Positions 32,539 to 40,825 of a DNA stretch of 64,000 nucleotides are shown piece after piece. Each line of letters opens with the position of its first letter. Positions within the stretch are counted from its first letter, which is position 1. The position numbers and the translations under genes are program-made. Location: positions 3,220 to 67,219 of the forward strand of contig DAPKRR010000398.1 in NCBI GenBank assembly GCA_031800425.1, read 5' to 3'. Below the pieces are notes generated by a model, which had not been told where the DNA came from, ran no database searches, and saw only the letters and a list, made by a program, of their open reading frames with translations. The stretch comes from Sandaracinaceae bacterium LLY-WYZ-13_1. Lineage in GTDB: Bacteria; Myxococcota_A; Polyangia; Polyangiales; Sandaracinaceae.

Positions 32539-33672
32539 TCAGAGCATCGGGCCGTGCCCGTCCATGTTGGACAGGAACAGGCCCTCGCGGGTCTCCTCCC
32601 ACGGCTGCAGGAGCTTCTCGAGGGCGGGCGAGGCGCAGAAGATGCGCCGGTCCTCGACCTGGAGGAAGCCCGCCTCCTCGAAGCCCGCCACCCAGCCGGG
32701 GTGCGCCTGGTTCGCCATCACCATGTCCACCCCCACCTCGCGGAGGTGGGCGAAGGCGGCGTGCACCACGGGGGCCGCATCGGCCGGATCGGCCAGGTAG
32801 TCGGCGACGAGCCCGACCCGCATGTCGCCGAAGCGCTCGTCGCCTTCCTTCTGGCGCTCGACGACCACCGCCCAGCCGATGTCCCGGCCGTCGCGGCGCA
32901 CCCGGAGGCGGGTGGGCTCGGGCCACTCGGTGGTGACGTGCTCGTCCGGGACGAGGGCGTTCATCGTGTCGGCGTCGCGGACGGCGATCGCCGCGTAGTC
33001 GTCCTTCACGCGCTCCCAGAGCTCGTCCGCCCAGGGGCCGAACTCGCTCACCACCTCGGAGGTGACGCCGAACCGCGGCTTGAGCGACTTGACGCGCAAG
33101 GCCTTGTGGAGCGCGTGCATCCCGATCGTCCCGAGCCCGCTGAACGCGAGCACGTCCTGCGCGAGGGCCCGCTTGGGGTCCTGGCGCAGGTAGGCGTTCT
33201 TCCGGAGGAAGTTCTTCGGACGACACACCCGGAACAGGAACGGCGTCGGGTGCAGGAGCCAGCCCATCTTCCGGAGCATCTGGACGATCGGCTCCTCGTT
33301 GCCCCCGTGGCCCCAGCTGTAGAGCAGGGGCTGCTTCTTGAGCATGTCGCGGACCATCCGCAGGCCCATCGCCGCGTAGCGGTTGTCGATCGCGCCGAGC
33401 GAGAACGGCCCCTGCCAGTCCGTGACGGTGTGGATCTCACCGCGGATCCGCCACTGCTGCGGCTTGAGGGCGTAGCCGCCCACGCAAGCCTCTTCGTTCT
33501 CGATCGCGAGGTAGAGCTCGCGCCAGACCTTCTGGCCCTGGCGCTTGGGGATCCACACCGGCTCCGGGTCCACGTAGAAGCCCCAGGGCGAGCCCGCCTC
33601 GCGCATCCGGCGGTTGAAGAGCTCGACGAGGTCCTTCTTGTCCTGTCCGTGCGGAACGATCTTGATGCTCAT
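32539..33672 (-). CDS. GNAT-fold acyl/aminoacyl transferase (FemAB/BioF2-like)
   Basis: The protein is 377 aa, and its size and two-lobed layout fit this family. The C-terminal lobe (GWAVVV...MRVGLVADYL...AHLREVGVDMV...GFEEAGF) resembles a GNAT core. The call is by resemblance only. Confidence 0.55.
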   Translation of the reverse strand: MSIKIVPHGQDKKDLVELFNRRMREAGSPWGFYVDPEPVWIPKRQGQKVWRELYLAIENEEACVGGYALKPQQWRIRGEIHTVTDWQGPFSLGAIDNRYAAMGLRMVRDMLKKQPLLYSWGHGGNEEPIVQMLRKMGWLLHPTPFLFRVCRPKNFLRKNAYLRQDPKRALAQDVLAFSGLGTIGMHALHKALRVKSLKPRFGVTSEVVSEFGPWADELWERVKDDYAAIAVRDADTMNALVPDEHVTTEWPEPTRLRVRRDGRDIGWAVVVERQKEGDERFGDMRVGLVADYLADPADAAPVVHAAFAHLREVGVDMVMANQAHPGWVAGFEEAGFLQVEDRRIFCASPALEKLLQPWEETREGLFLSNMDGHGPML

Positions 33673-33800
33673 GGGGGTCTCTCCGGGCGCCGCGGTCGGG
33701 GCGAGTATGGCATCGTGCTACGCCCCGGCCAGCGCTTCTCTTCCCGGGGGGAGCTAAGCGCGGGCTGCCTCGGCCCCAACCCACGGGCGTCGGGGGCGGC

Positions 33801-35306
33801 TCAGCCGCGGCGGGCGCGGATCTCGCGCAGGACGAGCCGGCCCGCCCAGGCGCCGTAGGGGATCAGGATCGCGGCGCCGACTCCGATCGACAACAGCTGC
33901 GGGTCCACGCCCACCACCGGGCCGAGGAGCCACGGCGTGTAGCCGCCGGCCACCCCGAGCACGACGCCCAGGACGGTCCACTTCAGGTCGCTCACGAAGA
34001 TGGGGATGCCCTTCTTCTTCAGCCCCCGGGCGACCGTGGCGTAACCCACCAGCGACCCACCGGTGACCCCGAGGATCAGCCCCGGGAGCTGGCCCAGCCA
34101 GAAGCCGATCAGCGCCGCCGGGATGGTGCCGCCGAGCTTGGCCACGTTGGCGATCATCTGCGAGCGCGAGTCGCCCATCGCGAGCTGCACGCGGATCGAG
34201 GTCTCCTGCAGGAAGAAGAACCAGGTGTTCAGCATCAACAGCTGCACCATCCAGCCCGCGTCGTGGTAGCGCTCGTCGTAGAGCAGCCAGAAGAAGGCGG
34301 GCGCCCCCAGGGCGGTGGCCAGGACCATCAGCACGCCCGACGCGTTCATCACCCGGCGCGCGTTGCGCACGTTCTCCCCGAACGCCGCCTCGTCGTCGCG
34401 GAACGACTCGCTCAGCGCCGGCAGGAGCACCCAGAGCACGATCTGCCCGGTCACGAGCTGGGGCAGACCCGCCAGGTTCTGGCCGACGGTGTAGATGCCG
34501 AAGGTGTCGAGCTCGATCAGCTTGCCGAGCGCGATCGAGTCGAAGCGCATCCCGACGTAGGTCACGAGCGACGACAGGAAGATCCACTTGCCGAAGTCGA
34601 AGATCACCCTCGCCGCGTCCTTCTCCCAGGAGAACCGGTTGTTCTCCCCGGGCAGGGCCACGTGGCTCAGGATCATCCGCGTCACGTCGCCCGCGATCGC
34701 GCCGCCGAGCAGGGCCCAGACGTTTCGGGCGAGGTAGGCCCAGGTGACCATCACCGCGAGGGTCACGACCTGCCCGGTGATGTTCACGAAGACGAGCCGG
34801 CCGAGCTCGATCCGGCGGTTGAGGGTCGCGAGCTTGGTGGAGTCCAGGCCGCTGATGATCCCCTGCACGGACGCCACCAGGATCAGCGGGAAGAGCTCCG
34901 GCTCGCCATAGACCTGGGCGTACGGCCAGGCGACCGCCAGCGCGATCACGCTCAGGCCCGCGCCGCGGATGAACTGGATGGTCCACGCGGTGTTCAGGAA
35001 CGAGCGCTCCTCGCCACGCTCGTGCTGGATGATGTTCGGGACGATCCCGACGTCGCTGATCATCTGCAGGCCCTGGTTGAGCACCAGGACGAGGCCCATC
35101 AGGCCGTAGGCCTCCGGGAAGAGCAGCCGCGTGGTGATCAGGTTGCCGGCGAGGCGCAGGATCTGGACGCCGCCCACGTTGGCGACGCTGAGCAGGGTGC
35201 CCTTGATGGCGCGGCTCTTGAGCGACTTCGCCGGGGGCGACGCACCCTCCTCGGACGCCCCTTCGTCGGGCTCGGGACGCTCCTCCTGCTCGGGCGACGA
35301 TTCCAT
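33801..35306 (-). CDS. Oligosaccharide flippase (Wzx; polysaccharide biosynthesis protein, MOP superfamily)
   Basis: The protein is 501 aa with about 12-14 hydrophobic helices. The N-terminal sequence (GTLLSVANVGGVQILRLAGNLITTRLL) is typical of Wzx. Confidence 0.85.
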   Translation of the reverse strand: MESSPEQEERPEPDEGASEEGASPPAKSLKSRAIKGTLLSVANVGGVQILRLAGNLITTRLLFPEAYGLMGLVLVLNQGLQMISDVGIVPNIIQHERGEERSFLNTAWTIQFIRGAGLSVIALAVAWPYAQVYGEPELFPLILVASVQGIISGLDSTKLATLNRRIELGRLVFVNITGQVVTLAVMVTWAYLARNVWALLGGAIAGDVTRMILSHVALPGENNRFSWEKDAARVIFDFGKWIFLSSLVTYVGMRFDSIALGKLIELDTFGIYTVGQNLAGLPQLVTGQIVLWVLLPALSESFRDDEAAFGENVRNARRVMNASGVLMVLATALGAPAFFWLLYDERYHDAGWMVQLLMLNTWFFFLQETSIRVQLAMGDSRSQMIANVAKLGGTIPAALIGFWLGQLPGLILGVTGGSLVGYATVARGLKKKGIPIFVSDLKWTVLGVVLGVAGGYTPWLLGPVVGVDPQLLSIGVGAAILIPYGAWAGRLVLREIRARRG

Positions 35307-35402
35307 CGGGGAGTGAGAGCTACGGCCCGAGCGCCTGCTCGGCAACGCGAAAGGGGCGCCGGCCTTGCCGATCTCGCCCGCGCGTGCGACGCCTGCCTCC
35401 GC

Positions 35403-37148
35403 GTGCCCGGCGACAGCGCAGCGGCTCCTCGGCGGATCCCCGGCCGCGTCGCCGACCTCGCGGCGCTCGGCGGGCTCACCGTGGCCTGGTGGAGCGCGGT
35501 GGCGCTCGCCGACCCGCGCGGCGACTTCCCCCTGAACGACGACTGGGGCTACGCGCCGGCGGTGCGGGCGCTCGTGGAGGACGGGGCGCTGCGCTTCACC
35601 GAGTGGCAGAGCATGCCGCTGGTCACCCACGTGCTCTGGGGCGCGCTCTTCGCGAAGGTCGCGGGCACATCCCACGAGGCGCTGCGGGCCTCGACCCTGG
35701 TGATGGGCTGGCTCGGCGTCCTCGCCGTCTACGGGCTGCTGCGCCAGGTCCGCGCCCCGGCGCGGGTGGCCTCGGTGAGCGCGGCGCTCGTCCTGGCCAA
35801 CCCGATCTACTTCGCCCTCGCCCACACCTTCATGACCGACGTGCCCTTCGTGGCTGCGCTCACCGCCGCCACCGCGGCGTGGATCCGGGCCGAGGACACC
35901 GGCCGGGCCCGCTGGCTCGTCGCCGCCGTCGGGCTCTGCCTGTGGGCGGTCCTGAATCGACAGCTCGGCATCGCGCTGCCGTTGACCTGGACGGTCGTCT
36001 CCGCCCTGCGCCACGGCATCGGGCGCCGATGGCTCCTCACCGCCCTGGGCCCGGCCGTCCTCGTGATCGGCGGGCTCTTCCTCTACGAGCGGGTGATCGA
36101 GGCGACGCTCGGCCTGCCGCTCCTCTACCACCGCAAGGGCGAGGAGCTGATGGAGGCGCTGACCGATCTGACGCGCCTGCGGGGCCTGCGCTTCCCGCTC
36201 GTGCGCAGCACCTGGGCGCCGCTCTACCTCGGGCTCTTCTGCGGTCCGTTGATCGCCCTGCTCTGGCCGTCGCTCGAGCAGCACTTCCTGGTGCGCTTCT
36301 TCCCGGTCCTCGGCGGGGCGAGCGCCGCGCTGGCCGCCGGGCTCGACGCGGGGCTCCCCCTCACCGGCAACGTGTGGATCGACCTGGGGATCGGCCCACG
36401 GAGCGCGCCCGGCGTGGTCGCGGGCACGAGCGACAAGCTCTGGATCATCCTGACCACCGCCGCGGGGGTCGGCGCGGGCTTCCTCTTCGTGGCCCTGCAC
36501 GCCGGGGCGTGGCGCGCCGGGGTCCTCGGCGCGGCCGGCTCGTGGCGCGGCTGGCCCCGCCGCGTCTTCGCGGGGCTGCGAAGCCGGGCCACCCCGGACG
36601 AGCCGGGCGGCGCGGTGCCCGCCTGGGCTTGGCTGCTCGTCCTCGGCACCGCGCTGGTCGCCTTCGCGCCCACCTCGCTCGTCTACGGCGCCTGGTTCGA
36701 CCGCTACCTGCTCACCCAGCTCCCCTTCGTGCCGGTCTCGCTCTGGGCGGCGGCCGACCGGCGCGAGGGCGCCGAGCCCATCTCGACCGCGATCGGCGCG
36801 GCGGCCCTGGCGCTCTTCGCGGCCTTCAGCGTCGCGGGGACCCACGACTACCTGGCCTGGCAGCGCGCCCGCTGGGAGGGCGTGGCCCGGCTCGAGGCCC
36901 GCGGCGTCCCGCGCGAGGACATCCGTGGCGGCTTCGAGGTCGACAACCACCCGCCGCCCCCCGAGGGCACGACCCTGGCGAGCCGCCCCAAGGCCCCCTG
37001 GGCGGTGGCGATCGCCCCGCTCCACGGCCACCGGGTCGTCGAGCGCATCCCGGTGGACGCGTGGCTGCCGAACGCGGTGGACGAGATCCTGCTGCTCCGA
37101 CGGTCTCCGAAGCCGAGCACTTCCGGCGAATCGGAGATTCGCCGCTAG
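35403..37148 (+). CDS. GT-C fold membrane glycosyltransferase (ArnT/PMT, GT39/GT83-like)
   Basis: It is multi-pass with an acidic first-loop motif (PLNDDWGY). It is divergent from the flippase gene. The GTG 35403 start is uncertain; GTG 35481 is an alternative. Confidence 0.65.
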   Translation: MPGDSAAAPRRIPGRVADLAALGGLTVAWWSAVALADPRGDFPLNDDWGYAPAVRALVEDGALRFTEWQSMPLVTHVLWGALFAKVAGTSHEALRASTLVMGWLGVLAVYGLLRQVRAPARVASVSAALVLANPIYFALAHTFMTDVPFVAALTAATAAWIRAEDTGRARWLVAAVGLCLWAVLNRQLGIALPLTWTVVSALRHGIGRRWLLTALGPAVLVIGGLFLYERVIEATLGLPLLYHRKGEELMEALTDLTRLRGLRFPLVRSTWAPLYLGLFCGPLIALLWPSLEQHFLVRFFPVLGGASAALAAGLDAGLPLTGNVWIDLGIGPRSAPGVVAGTSDKLWIILTTAAGVGAGFLFVALHAGAWRAGVLGAAGSWRGWPRRVFAGLRSRATPDEPGGAVPAWAWLLVLGTALVAFAPTSLVYGAWFDRYLLTQLPFVPVSLWAAADRREGAEPISTAIGAAALALFAAFSVAGTHDYLAWQRARWEGVARLEARGVPREDIRGGFEVDNHPPPPEGTTLASRPKAPWAVAIAPLHGHRVVERIPVDAWLPNAVDEILLLRRSPKPSTSGESEIRR

Positions 37149-37312
37149 GAGCTTGATTCAAGACGCGGACCGAGAGCCCGCCGAGCGCAACGCGTCCGCA
37201 TTTCGTTCGGCGTGAGCGAGGACATGCCGAAGTATGTTCGAGGGAACGCCGGGCGGAAGGCGGTGCGTTCCGCCGGCGGATCGACGGGAGCGGCGCCGAA
37301 TCAAGCTCCTAG
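37145..37312. repeat. Perfect 15-bp inverted repeat bracketing a convergent intergenic spacer
   Basis: CTAGGAGCTTGATTC (37145-37159) and GAATCAAGCTCCTAG (37298-37312). Each arm contains the TAG stop codon of one of the two convergent genes. Confidence 0.9.
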
Positions 37313-38553
37313 TCCCGGATGCGCTCGAGGAAGATGCCGTCGTAGCCGTGCTCGTAGTCCTCGTCGCCGGCGGCGAAGACGACCACGCGCAGGTTGCGGT
37401 GTCGGAAGGCCATGAGGCTGATCGGCAGGACCAGCGTCTCGGGCTCGGCCTCCGGCTGGGGCTGCGGCTCGGGCTGGGTCTGTTGCTGCTGCTCTTCCGG
37501 GGTCCCGGCCGCTTCGCGGAGCAGCTCGTCGAGGCCGTCGCCGCCGTCCCCCTCGCCCGCGTCGTCGGCCGGCTCGGGCTGCTCGGGCTGCGCCGGCTCC
37601 TCCGCCTCCTCCGCCTCGGACGGCTCGTCGCCCGGCGCCATGGGCGCGGTCTCGGTGTCGTCACCGCCTTCGACCTGCAGCGGCTCGATGGGCTCGGGCA
37701 CGAAGTCGATCTGCTCGGCTCCGCTCGCCACCTGCTCGATGACCGGCTGGATGCGCTCGAGCGCCCAGTTGATCGCCTGCATCCGCTGCTGGGGATCCTC
37801 GTCGGTGACGACGACCTGGTTCTCCATCTCGTACCAGCGCGAGAAGCCCTTGTTCGGCAGGAGCAGCTCCGCCCGCTCCACCCGGCCGCGCACCATCTTG
37901 AGCCGAAGGTACACGTCGATGTGCCGGTCGAGCCGCGTCGCTCCGGGTACCGGGATGTGGTAGAGCTGGCCGTAGTGCTTGATGCAGTAGTCGGGCGTGC
38001 ACGTCGGCTGCGGCGGCTGCCCGAAGGCCTCGCTGAACTCCTCGTTCGCCCGGGCCACCCTTTGGATCGGCGAGCCATAGTTCCGGATGCTCAGCAGGTT
38101 GCCGACCCAGAACTGCACCGCCCGCGTGACCCAGGTGCGACGCCGCTCCGCCGCCTCGCGACGCCGCTCCGCCTCGAGCTCCTGCTGGCGCTGGGCCTCC
38201 TCCTGGCGCCGCGAGCTGACGGTCTGCAGCGCGGCGAGGCGCGGGCGCGCCTGCTCGACGTACTGCCCGTCCGGGTAGACCCGGAGGTACCACTCCAGGC
38301 CCTCGCGAGTGTCGCTGCTCCGCGCCCAGATCGCGTCCTCGCGCGAGCGACGCTCCTCCTGGATCGCCTCGGCCCAGTAGCCGTCCGGGTGCTTCTCGAC
38401 GTACTGCTGCATCGCGATCAACCGATCGCGCTCCTCGTCGGCCGTCCGCACCGCGCGGTAGTCGTCGTACTCCTCGTGGGTCGCGATGGTCGCGCAGCCG
38501 GCCAGCGTGAGGACCAGCGCCAGGAGGGCCGAGCTCCGAATCGTTCGCCGCAT
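37309..38553 (-). CDS. Lipoprotein with coiled-coil and acidic Pro/Glu/Gln-rich region, function unknown
   Basis: The lipobox is LTLAGC. GGGGAG lies 8 nt upstream of the ATG. GC3 is high. Confidence 0.65.
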   Translation of the reverse strand: MRRTIRSSALLALVLTLAGCATIATHEEYDDYRAVRTADEERDRLIAMQQYVEKHPDGYWAEAIQEERRSREDAIWARSSDTREGLEWYLRVYPDGQYVEQARPRLAALQTVSSRRQEEAQRQQELEAERRREAAERRRTWVTRAVQFWVGNLLSIRNYGSPIQRVARANEEFSEAFGQPPQPTCTPDYCIKHYGQLYHIPVPGATRLDRHIDVYLRLKMVRGRVERAELLLPNKGFSRWYEMENQVVVTDEDPQQRMQAINWALERIQPVIEQVASGAEQIDFVPEPIEPLQVEGGDDTETAPMAPGDEPSEAEEAEEPAQPEQPEPADDAGEGDGGDGLDELLREAAGTPEEQQQQTQPEPQPQPEAEPETLVLPISLMAFRHRNLRVVVFAAGDEDYEHGYDGIFLERIRD

Positions 38554-38558
38554 GCGTG

Positions 38559-38939
38559 TCACTCCCCGCACAACGTGCATTCGCCCCGCATGGCCTTCAA
38601 CTCGTCGGTCGGGATGGGCCCGAACTCCGGGTCTCGCAGCAGGCTGATGCAGGTGTCGGCCGCCTGCTGCGTGGGTCGGCAGCCGCTGCTCCAGGTGGCG
38701 CCCGCGCACTCGCGCTCGATGGGCTCGACGCAGGCGGAGAACTCCTCGTCCGAGATGCGGCCGAAGACGTTCTCCCGCCGGCACTCCCAGAAACGCCGAT
38801 CGGTGCAGAACTGGGCCGCGTCCGCGGTGGGCGGCTCCTGACCACAGCCGCCGACCGAGCCCGGCGAGGGCCCGGTGAGGCTCGCCACCATCACCCCGAC
38901 GGCCAGCAGGCGAAGCGTCCATCGTCGAGTCGCCTTCAC
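38559..38939 (-). CDS. Small Cys-rich lipoprotein, function unknown
   Basis: It has a signal peptide and the sequence GSVGGC, with 10 Cys in the mature part. The GTG start overlaps the upstream TGA. Confidence 0.55.
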   Translation of the reverse strand: MKATRRWTLRLLAVGVMVASLTGPSPGSVGGCGQEPPTADAAQFCTDRRFWECRRENVFGRISDEEFSACVEPIERECAGATWSSGCRPTQQAADTCISLLRDPEFGPIPTDELKAMRGECTLCGE

Positions 38940-39613
38940 GGCAGCACCTCGTAGTCGAACAGGAAGCCGAAGTCCGCGCTGAGCGTGGGGTGCACGGTCT
39001 CCTTGAAGCCTCCGTAGAGGTTCGCCTGGACCTCCAGGTAGACCCCGAGCCCGGCGAGGAACTTGAAGTGCAGCGCCGCCGCGAGCTCCGCGCCCGGCGT
39101 CACGTAGGTCTGCCCGTCCTGCGCCGAGAAGACGAGCGGGATCCCGATGCGCCCCTGCAGGTGCAGCCAGTCGTGGTCCATCCCGAGGATGCGCCGGAAC
39201 GGCAGCAGCACCTGGTACCCCGGGGTCAGCACCCACTGCTCGAACGGGCCGGCGCCGAGGCCGCCCGGATCCTGGATGAGGTTCGCGCTGACGAAGAGCG
39301 CCGGACCGTGCCGGACGTCGCCGCCTTCGAGATACAGGCCGGCGCCGAGGTCGAGGTACGCGGGCGTGGCGAAGTCCTGGTCGAACTCCGGGTCGATGTT
39401 GCGCACCAACCGGAAGCCCGCGCCGGCGCCCGCGTACGCCATGATGCGCATCGGGTCGTCGCCGAGCGACGCACCGGTCGTGCCGCCGCCCTGACTCCAG
39501 GCGTAGTCTCCACGGGCTTCGCCCGCCTGTTCCTCGTCCTGGGCGAACGCGGTGCCGGTCGCGCTCGCCCCGAGCAGAACGAGGGCCCATAGGGTGGTTG
39601 TGGTCCGCAGCAC
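38936..39613 (-). CDS. Outer-membrane beta-barrel protein, function unknown
   Basis: The signal peptide ends AFA-QD. Alternating amphipathic strands run through the protein, and the C-terminus is aromatic (FLFDYEVLP). Confidence 0.6.
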   Translation of the reverse strand: MLRTTTTLWALVLLGASATGTAFAQDEEQAGEARGDYAWSQGGGTTGASLGDDPMRIMAYAGAGAGFRLVRNIDPEFDQDFATPAYLDLGAGLYLEGGDVRHGPALFVSANLIQDPGGLGAGPFEQWVLTPGYQVLLPFRRILGMDHDWLHLQGRIGIPLVFSAQDGQTYVTPGAELAAALHFKFLAGLGVYLEVQANLYGGFKETVHPTLSADFGFLFDYEVLP

Positions 39614-39693
39614 GGCGAGCGGACGCTAGTTCGTCGCTCCGGGGTGGTCAAGCACCCCACACGCCGCGCCCCACACGCCACGGACGACGTGCT

Positions 39694-40296
39694 ATGAAGG
39701 CGCCCGTGTCCCGCTTCTGGGCCGGATTCGCCGTCGCCACCGCGCTGTGGGTCGCGGGGGCGGCCTACCTCTACTTCGTGGCCGGCTTCGGGCCGCCGCC
39801 CGAGGAGCCCTCCGAGGCGATCGCCGAGGCCCCCGAGGCGCCCGAGGAGGCGGCCGCCGAGGAGGAAGAGGCCCGGCCGCGCCGCCGCCGCGGTCGCCGC
39901 CGCCGAGCGCGGCGGCGCCGACAGCAGACCCCCTCCGGCACCGCGACGGTCGGCGACGATCTCGGCGAAGACGAGATGCGCTCCCTCGACATGGAGGGCA
40001 GCGGCGGCGAGCAGCAGCTCTCGCCTCGGCAGATCGAGGCCGGCTTCGATGGCGCGATGGGGAGCATCCGCCGCTGCCTCGTGCTGATGCCGGGCGGCGA
40101 CCCGGTGACCGGACGGCTGACCTTCGGCCTCCGGGTCGCCGGCTCCGGCGAGGTCACCCGCGTGCGCCTCTCGGGCCCCCGCGCCGCCACCACCGGGGAG
40201 GCGGGCACGTGCCTGCAGCGCGCCGCCCGCCAGATCCGCTTCGACTCCTTCGACGGCCCGGAGATGGTCGTCCGCTACCCGATCACCCTGGAGTGA
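39694..40296 (+). CDS. Membrane-anchored protein with AgmX/PglI-type C-terminal domain
   Basis: It has an N-terminal TM, a poly-Arg tract, and a C-terminal ~90-aa module with two spaced Cys (RRCLV...GTCLQRAARQIRFDSF). Confidence 0.6.
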   Translation: MKAPVSRFWAGFAVATALWVAGAAYLYFVAGFGPPPEEPSEAIAEAPEAPEEAAAEEEEARPRRRRGRRRRARRRRQQTPSGTATVGDDLGEDEMRSLDMEGSGGEQQLSPRQIEAGFDGAMGSIRRCLVLMPGGDPVTGRLTFGLRVAGSGEVTRVRLSGPRAATTGEAGTCLQRAARQIRFDSFDGPEMVVRYPITLE

Positions 40297-40305
40297 CCCC
40301 GACGC

Positions 40306-40824
40306 ATGCGCCGTCTCCTCTGCGTCCTCGCCCTCGCCCTGCCCGCGTCGCTGCCCGCCTGCGGCCCCACCAGCACCCACGGGGGCGGCGGCCCGGCCGA
40401 GCCGGCCGAGCTCCGCACGCTGAGCGAGGAGCGCGCCCTGACCCTGGTTCGCGAGGTCCTCGCGTCGGAGAGCATCCCGCGCGGCGCGCTCTGGGTGGTG
40501 TCCATCCAGCCCGACACCGAGATCGAGGTGGACGTGCGCCTCGCGAGCTCGAGCTTCGGCATCGAGTGGATCTCCCCCCAGGACCGCGCCGACGTGGGCG
40601 AGGCGGTCCCCGAGCCGGCGTCCGGCGGGCAGCTCCGGATCGTGCCGGGCACCGGCGACGACGCCGGGGCGCAGATCCTGATCCTGGACCACTCCGCCTA
40701 CGAGTACGCCAACGAGCGCGAGCACGTGCAGCGGGGCGTCCCGGGCGCCCGCGAGACCGAGGAGCGCCTGCGCCGGGACGTCCGCGACTACCTGCACTAC
40801 GTGCGCGGCCAGGGCGGGCTCTGA
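40306..40824 (+). CDS. Lipoprotein, function unknown
   Basis: The lipobox is SLPAC. GC3 is high. Confidence 0.6.
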   Translation: MRRLLCVLALALPASLPACGPTSTHGGGGPAEPAELRTLSEERALTLVREVLASESIPRGALWVVSIQPDTEIEVDVRLASSSFGIEWISPQDRADVGEAVPEPASGGQLRIVPGTGDDAGAQILILDHSAYEYANEREHVQRGVPGARETEERLRRDVRDYLHYVRGQGGL

Positions 40825-40825
40825 T

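Noticed and set aside
31536-33672. A visibly lower-GC stretch that could indicate horizontal acquisition of the diiron oxygenase and GNAT-like genes.
   Set aside because: Third codon positions remain overwhelmingly G/C, which is the native codon usage. The dip is explained by Lys/Asn/Phe/Tyr/Glu-rich protein composition. There are no flanking repeats or mobility genes.
33705-33725. A TGGCAT...GC element resembling a sigma54 promoter in the flippase/GNAT intergenic region.
   Set aside because: The spacing is off by one. It lies on the plus strand, where no gene follows, while both neighbouring genes are on the minus strand.
37212-37415. A 67-aa ORF starting inside the inverted-repeat-flanked spacer.
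   Set aside because: It runs antisense into the well-supported lipoprotein gene and is Arg/Pro/Gly-rich with no ribosome-binding site. It is most likely non-coding.
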